NCBI GenBank assembly: GCA_034659895.1
Contig: JAYEIF010000193.1
Coordinates: 1-40,817, forward strand
DNA from: Candidatus Zixiibacteriota bacterium
GTDB lineage: Bacteria > Zixibacteria > MSB-5A5 > GN15 > FEB-12
DNA length: 40,817 nucleotides
Reading direction: 5' to 3'
Of this stretch, positions 36,330 through 40,817 are shown piece after piece (the stretch's first letter is position 1; the number at the start of each line of letters is the position of its first letter). The position numbers were made by a program, and so were the translations under genes. Below the pieces are notes generated by a model. It had not been told where the DNA came from. It searched no databases and saw nothing but the letters and a program-made list of their open reading frames with translations.

Positions 36330-36917
36330 CTAAAATATCCAATTAATCAAACGAGTAATAAAACCCGGTCTGCTGGCTGTTGAGGCATTCCCTTTACCAG
36401 AATAGTGAATTTCCGCATCAGCAATTAGATAGGAATCGATAGTATTATTCGGGGATATATCCTTTTGCCTAACAACACCTGTAAGCGATAATGTTTCTCT
36501 ATCTCCAGAAATTCCTACTGTTCGTGAACCTTCAATAACCAGGTCACCATTGGGAAGCACACTCACCACTGTAACCGACATTCGAGCCTTAAGCTTACCG
36601 TTACGGACGTTCTCACCCTTTCCATCAAAGGTACTGCCATTTTTACCTTTGACTCTAAACAATGGAATGAAATCAAGAGGACCTGTACCAGGCCCTCCTT
36701 CCGTCGAAATCGATGTGCTCTTTTCCGTCTTGGATTCAGCTTTCTGTGTGGCGCTGCTCTGCTCGTGGATTAGAACCGTTAATATGTCACCAACTTTATG
36801 CGCCTTGATGTCCGTAAACAACGATTTCGCCTGACCGAAATCATCTCCCATCAGTTTCAGAGAAAACGGTAGTAGCAGTAGTAGTAACAGAATGGACAGA
36901 ATTTTCTTAAAATTCAT
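36330..36917 (-). CDS. flgH: Flagellar L-ring lipoprotein
   Basis: SLFTDIKAHKVGDILTVLIHEQSSA and VVSVLPNGDLVIEG blocks, with a signal sequence. Confidence 0.93.
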   Translation of the reverse strand: MNFKKILSILLLLLLLPFSLKLMGDDFGQAKSLFTDIKAHKVGDILTVLIHEQSSATQKAESKTEKSTSISTEGGPGTGPLDFIPLFRVKGKNGSTFDGKGENVRNGKLKARMSVTVVSVLPNGDLVIEGSRTVGISGDRETLSLTGVVRQKDISPNNTIDSYLIADAEIHYSGKGNASTASRPGFITRLINWIF

Positions 36918-36935
36918 ATTTCCCTCAATTCCTAT

Positions 36936-37628
36936 TTAAGGGTCTACTATCACAGTGCTTGCATCAATCACTCGTGCTTCAATGATCTTCCGTGATGCTT
37001 TATTTCTAACTTTCATATAATCACCAGCCATACCTGTCCCCATCGCCTCACCGGGTGTAGAAACACGGCAAAGTCCATCTTTGTAGACGATTGACACCTC
37101 ACGGCCGTATTCAATATCAGGTATAATTTCAATGGATTCTGTCGTCAGGATAGTTCCTTTTCGAAGATATCGACGGGCACGGTGTCCCTCTAAAACCGCA
37201 ATAGAATTGAGCGGTCTCTCTCTTAGAGAAGTAACATCCATTTTGCGCAATACAACGTCTTTATCAGAAAAAGTATCCTCACTCCTTATCTTGTCGGTAG
37301 TTACAAGAACATCGGCAAACTTTCTGATTTTTAATCTAACCTGTCCACTTTCGACCAATTTCCCATCCTGGTTTATTTTGACAATTACAGAAAACAATCC
37401 CAGTGGTCGTTTCTGCGTTAGTGCTCGCACAGACACATCAGCAGGATCGACATCGGTCGTTTTTAGTTGGCATGTAAGGATTTCCAGTTTGAAATTTGAT
37501 GTGTCAAGTTGATACATATCAACCAGATTATCAATAATTGCCTGTTCGCATGTCGCAGCCCCAACTGAAGTTCCAAACAACAATAGCAACCCGAGGATTA
37601 GACAGATTGTTACATATTTTGAGCTCAC
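36936..37628 (-). CDS. flgA: Flagellar basal-body P-ring formation chaperone
   Basis: Signal peptide, an SAF-like central region and the C-terminal GDYMKVRNKASRKIIEARVIDASTVIV. GTG start. Its position between flgG and flgH fits. Confidence 0.85.
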   Translation of the reverse strand: MSSKYVTICLILGLLLLFGTSVGAATCEQAIIDNLVDMYQLDTSNFKLEILTCQLKTTDVDPADVSVRALTQKRPLGLFSVIVKINQDGKLVESGQVRLKIRKFADVLVTTDKIRSEDTFSDKDVVLRKMDVTSLRERPLNSIAVLEGHRARRYLRKGTILTTESIEIIPDIEYGREVSIVYKDGLCRVSTPGEAMGTGMAGDYMKVRNKASRKIIEARVIDASTVIVDP

Positions 37629-37634
37629 AGTCTT

Positions 37635-38423
37635 TTACCTCTTTAGGTTATTGGCAATACTTGCCATGTCATCTGCTGTCTTGATGGCCTTTGAGTTCAT
37701 TTCATAAGCTCTCTGAGCGACAATCATATTAACCATCTCATCGACTACTTTAACATTGGACATTTCGAGGTATCCCTGATCTAATTGTCCAAGTCCGCTC
37801 TGGGTAGGAATATCCGTAAGTGGATCACCGGAAGCCCGCGTAGCAACCAGCAAGTTACGTCCAAGTTTCTCAAGACCGGCAGGATTTACGAATCGAGCCA
37901 GTTCAATCTGTCCAACTGAAGTTGGCTCAATCTGACCGGCAATTTTAACTTCCACATTACCATCAGTACCGACCGAAATAGCTGTGGCATCCAAAGGAAT
38001 AGTAATCTCAGGATCAAGATAGAACCCATCAGAATTGACAATCCGCCCATCGCCGGAAATCTTGAAGGCACCATCCCGTGTGTAAGCAATAGTACCATCG
38101 GGATGCTGAATTTGAAAAAATCCATCACCATTAATAGCTAAATCGAGTGGATTTCCTGTTGGTGAAAGGTCACCCTCAGTATACAGACGAGAGGTAGCCG
38201 ATGCTCGAGAACCATAACCTATTGCCAAACCAACAGGCACTTCCGACCCAAGCGCAGAAGCTGAACCTGCTTTTCGAAAGTTCTGGTAAAGCACATCCTG
38301 AAACTCAATTTTGCTGCGTTTGAATCCGGTTGTATTTACGTTAGCCAGGTTATTGGCAACGTTGTCCACATTCATTTGCTGTGCAATCATACCGCTGGCG
38401 GCTGTGCGCATAGCCTTAATCAT
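37635..38423 (-). CDS. flgG: Flagellar distal rod protein
   Basis: MIKAMRTAASGMIAQQMNVDNVANNLANVNTTGFKRS and C-terminal GYLEMSNVKVVDEMVNMIVAQRAYE. Confidence 0.95.
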   Translation of the reverse strand: MIKAMRTAASGMIAQQMNVDNVANNLANVNTTGFKRSKIEFQDVLYQNFRKAGSASALGSEVPVGLAIGYGSRASATSRLYTEGDLSPTGNPLDLAINGDGFFQIQHPDGTIAYTRDGAFKISGDGRIVNSDGFYLDPEITIPLDATAISVGTDGNVEVKIAGQIEPTSVGQIELARFVNPAGLEKLGRNLLVATRASGDPLTDIPTQSGLGQLDQGYLEMSNVKVVDEMVNMIVAQRAYEMNSKAIKTADDMASIANNLKR

Positions 38424-38453
38424 ATTTACCTCCTATGTCAAACAACTGATTTT

Positions 38454-39185
38454 CTAACCTCTTGAACCAACCCGATTAAATAACTTCTCAAGAGAATCAT
38501 CCTGTGACTTAACTGCTTTCGCATTGGCTTCGTAAGATCGATAAGCAATTATCATATCGACCATCTCGCTCACAATGTCCACGTTCGAAGATTCTAAATA
38601 TCCCTGCCGTATCACCGCATGATCAACAGCCATAAGTTCGACATCATCCGGCGCCAGAAACACGCCACGTCCAATCTTTTCCAATTGCTGTAGATCACCA
38701 ACTGTCATCGGTGTTATTTTACCCATAACAAGACCGTCAACTTCTATCTCTCCCGATTGAGAAACTGTCAACTCGCCATTTCCAACCTCAATAGCACTAC
38801 CTTCTGAAACGACAATAGCTCCACCGGGAGTAGTCAACAGACCATCCTTATTGACTTTAAATGAACCATTGCGTGTCAGAGCAGTAGAGCCATCCTCAAG
38901 TTGAAGGGTAAAAAAACCATCACCGTCAATGGCAAGATCGAGAGGGCTTCCTGTCCGATCGAACATGCCAGCGGAATAATCCGTATAGATTCCTTCAGAT
39001 AATGGCTGCTCCCAATCGGAGGATGTCACTTTCTGATTTTGTTCTGCATGAGAAAGTTCCCGAGTAAAAAGAGAGTCCTTTTTATACCCGTTTGTAGCGG
39101 CATTAGCTACGTTTTGAGCAGTTAGTTCCTGCCGCTTGATATTCGGCAGCATACCAGATGCAGATGTATAAATTCCTTTAATCAT
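38454..39185 (-). CDS. flgF: Flagellar proximal rod protein
   Basis: MIKGIYTSASGMLPNIKRQELTAQNVANAATNGYKKD and C-terminal GYLESSNVDIVSEMVDMIIAYRSYE. It lies immediately upstream of flgG. Confidence 0.9.
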   Translation of the reverse strand: MIKGIYTSASGMLPNIKRQELTAQNVANAATNGYKKDSLFTRELSHAEQNQKVTSSDWEQPLSEGIYTDYSAGMFDRTGSPLDLAIDGDGFFTLQLEDGSTALTRNGSFKVNKDGLLTTPGGAIVVSEGSAIEVGNGELTVSQSGEIEVDGLVMGKITPMTVGDLQQLEKIGRGVFLAPDDVELMAVDHAVIRQGYLESSNVDIVSEMVDMIIAYRSYEANAKAVKSQDDSLEKLFNRVGSRG

Positions 39186-39208
39186 AATAATTCTCCATAT
39201 TCCCCTAT

Positions 39209-39224
39209 TGCATAGTACGTGCCA
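39209..39224 (-). promoter_or_regulatory. Candidate sigma-54 (-24/-12) promoter of the flgF operon
   Basis: Minus strand reads TGGCACGTACTATGCA against the consensus TGGCACG-N4-TTGCW, with one mismatch in the -12 box. The predicted TSS is near 39198, which leaves only about a 13-nt leader containing GGAGAA. Confidence 0.68.
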
Positions 39225-39371
39225 AACCTGTGCTCGCAGGATAACGGCCTGTGCAATAATATGTTACGGGGATAGTTCTCTTGTGGGATTTGGTAGAATC
39301 GGAATAAATTTCCCTATAAAAAGGATGATATTTCCGAATCGCTACCTATGCTTGATTTCGGAGTGAATACT

Positions 39372-39584
39372 CTAATCAAGAAGATTTTCATACTTGAGCC
39401 GGGTTTTATCAATCAACTGGTCCATTGCATCATCGAAGCGTTGTTTGCTTAAAAAAACTCCGTTCGATTTCTGGTACAATGGACAATCTGACATATAACC
39501 GAAGCATTTTAACTCTTCAGCAAGATAGCAGGCACGGATATAAGCGCATCTTTCAGCTTTTTTTATCGGTACTCTCTCTGACAT
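39372..39584 (-). CDS. Small hypothetical protein with four Cys (about 70 aa)
   Basis: ORF MSERVPIKKAERCAYIRACYLAEELKCFGYMSDCPLYQ... followed by a charged helical tail. The composition looks protein-like, but there is no clear RBS and I recognise no family. The ORF track extends to a TTG at 39665. Confidence 0.4.
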   Translation of the reverse strand: MSERVPIKKAERCAYIRACYLAEELKCFGYMSDCPLYQKSNGVFLSKQRFDDAMDQLIDKTRLKYENLLD

Positions 39585-39880
39585 AATTTTTGTTATCGGA
39601 AGTTTGAGCAAAAAATAAAGGGCTATATGTTTTGAAAAATCAGTTAGTAGGCAATAAATTGCCAAAACTTGTTACAAATAGGAATTATCCTATAATCTGA
39701 AGCAAAAAAACTGTTGCGTTCATTGGTAAAATATATTATATTTTTAATATCAAGGGATTTTTCAGCAAGTACTTACGCTTACGATCCCGTGTATAAGTTT
39801 TTATATGAGGATAAAGTATCGTTTCTTGTTCATGTAGCATAGATTTTGCTTAAATGGTCTGTATGAAAAAGGAAACTAAT

Positions 39881-40618
39881 ATGCGAACGTGGATTTTTGT
39901 GGCACTGTTGTTGTCGCTTGCTTTGCTGGCTATGCCCGCTGAAGCTGAGAATAGTGTAACTGTCGACTCGATAGTTACCTATACTAACCAGACGGGTATA
40001 GTACCAATCAATTTTACCAACGACATTGAACTGGGTGGTATTGAGGTAACAGTTTGGTGGAACTCGCCTGAGATACAGGTTGACTCGTTCTCCTTTATCA
40101 ACAGTCGGGTCAGCTATGTTAGTATGAAAGGGACTTATGTAATGGGGGATACTATCACTATTTATGTCATCCCTTTTACTGGTGAACCATTAATCAGCAC
40201 AGGCACTGGACTTTTCGGCCATCTTCATTTTTCATATCCTTTGGAAATTAGCCCGCAGGTAGTCACGATTGATAGTGTCACCGTCTTGGTTCCTCCGGAT
40301 GTTGATTATGGAACCAGATTCATGGAACCTTCTAAGGGATATTTCACGCCTGACTTTAACAAGGGATACCTAGACATCCATCAAGCTCTCAGTTGTTGTT
40401 CGGGAACGCGCGGTAATATTAACAACGGAGAGACAGAAGATCCCAATATCGCAGATGTAACTTACCTGATATCATACTTATTCCTGGATGGTCCTCCTCC
40501 TGATTGTCCGGAAGAGGCGGATGTGAATGCTAATGGTGAAATGAACATTGCCGATGTTACATATCTTATATCCTATCTGTTCTTAGGTGGTCCCGCTCCT
40601 CTTCCATGTGTACCGTAG
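39881..40618 (+). CDS. Secreted protein with a cohesin-like N-terminal domain and two dockerin-like (EF-hand) C-terminal repeats
   Basis: Signal peptide MRTWIFVALLLSLALLAMPAEA, with AAGGAA 7 nt upstream of the ATG at 39881. Alternative in-frame ATGs lie at 39854 and 39863. The C-terminal repeats are GNINNGETEDPNIADVTYLISYLFLDGPPP and DVNANGEMNIADVTYLISYLFLGGPAP. The N-terminal beta-rich module has a cohesin-like pattern (VPINF...GGIEVTVWW...GTGLFGHLHF). Confidence 0.7.
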   Translation: MRTWIFVALLLSLALLAMPAEAENSVTVDSIVTYTNQTGIVPINFTNDIELGGIEVTVWWNSPEIQVDSFSFINSRVSYVSMKGTYVMGDTITIYVIPFTGEPLISTGTGLFGHLHFSYPLEISPQVVTIDSVTVLVPPDVDYGTRFMEPSKGYFTPDFNKGYLDIHQALSCCSGTRGNINNGETEDPNIADVTYLISYLFLDGPPPDCPEEADVNANGEMNIADVTYLISYLFLGGPAPLPCVP

Positions 40619-40653
40619 AATAACAACTAAAAGCGATTATAAATTAACTAATG

Positions 40654-40680
40654 CCGACCTCTATGAGATCGGTATTTTTT
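40654..40680 (+). terminator. Probable rho-independent terminator
   Basis: CCGACCTC-TAT-GAGATCGG forms 7 of 8 pairs and is followed by TATTTTTT. Confidence 0.5.
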
Positions 40681-40692
40681 ATGATATACTAT

Positions 40693-40714
40693 TTAGGGTC
40701 TGCTGAATAAAGTA
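40693..40714. repeat. Inverted copy of the first 22 nt of the window
   Basis: Positions 1-14 (TACTTTATTCAGCA) are the exact reverse complement of 40701-40714 (TGCTGAATAAAGTA). Extended to 22 nt, 19 of 22 bases match. The hairpin CCTGTC-CGCTC-GACAGG (40715-40731) follows directly. Confidence 0.45.
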
Positions 40715-40817
40715 CCTGTCCGCTCGACAGGCGGGTAAGTTCTTTGTTCATAAATAGATAAGCATGTTTTGTATTGTTTCAAGTGAAAGGGTTTTGTTAT
40801 AAATAGCTTAAAAGGCT

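Noticed and set aside
39651-39665. TGGCAATTTATTGCC on the minus strand, which resembles a sigma-54 promoter
   Set aside because: The GG to GC spacing is one nucleotide too short (GG-N9-GC), and sigma-54 promoters do not tolerate that. The sequence is better described as the palindrome GGCAAT-AA-ATTGCC.
1-40817. The whole window as a mobile element or genomic island bounded by the terminal inverted match
   Set aside because: The content is core metabolism, LPS transport and flagellar structural genes. There is no integrase, transposase or tRNA attachment site, and no visible compositional break.

Overview
This 40.8-kb window looks like ordinary chromosome from a flagellated Gram-negative (diderm) bacterium. 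I found no transposase, integrase, CRISPR array, rRNA or tRNA gene, and no recognisable defence system. PFOR suggests an anaerobe. The PorV/PorQ-like outer-membrane protein and the PEGA, PD40 and dockerin-like modules suggest an FCB-type or candidate-phylum lineage, but that is inference only.

Layout:
- 1-12.3 kb, housekeeping genes: trxB, cobO, dcd, pyruvate:ferredoxin oxidoreductase, a PD40 beta-propeller protein, pepA, a lone sbcD-like nuclease and an NtrC-type sigma-54 response regulator.
- 12.7-18.3 kb, envelope genes, all on the minus strand: membrane protein, FN3 lipoprotein, PEGA protein, initiating sugar transferase and a PorV/PorQ-like outer-membrane protein.
- 19-26.5 kb: a creatininase-family plus DUF2064 gene pair; an ECF sigma / anti-sigma operon with two CpxP/Spy-like periplasmic proteins; and a SAM methyltransferase coupled to lptG-lptF.
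- 26.7-39.2 kb: one tightly packed minus-strand flagellar block, flgF-flgG-flgA-flgH-flgI-flgJ(SLT fusion)-flgN-flgK-csrA-flgL-fliW, followed by a TPR-GT2-TPR protein.
- 39.4-40.6 kb: a small Cys-containing ORF and a secreted cohesin-like/dockerin-like protein.

I cannot point to one clearly novel system. The best leads are:
- Three sigma-54 promoter matches (flgF, sugar transferase, PorV-like gene), with a kinase-less sigma-54 activator gene nearby.
- The uncharacterised PEGA/FN3/membrane trio.
- The TPR-GT2-TPR gene in the flagellar operon, a candidate flagellin glycosyltransferase.
- csrA placed between flgK and flgL, with a long basic tail.
- A self-contained cohesin+dockerin protein.
- A structured RNA-like element at 181-259.
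- A 14-nt inverted match (19/22 when extended) between the first bases of the window and 40693-40714.
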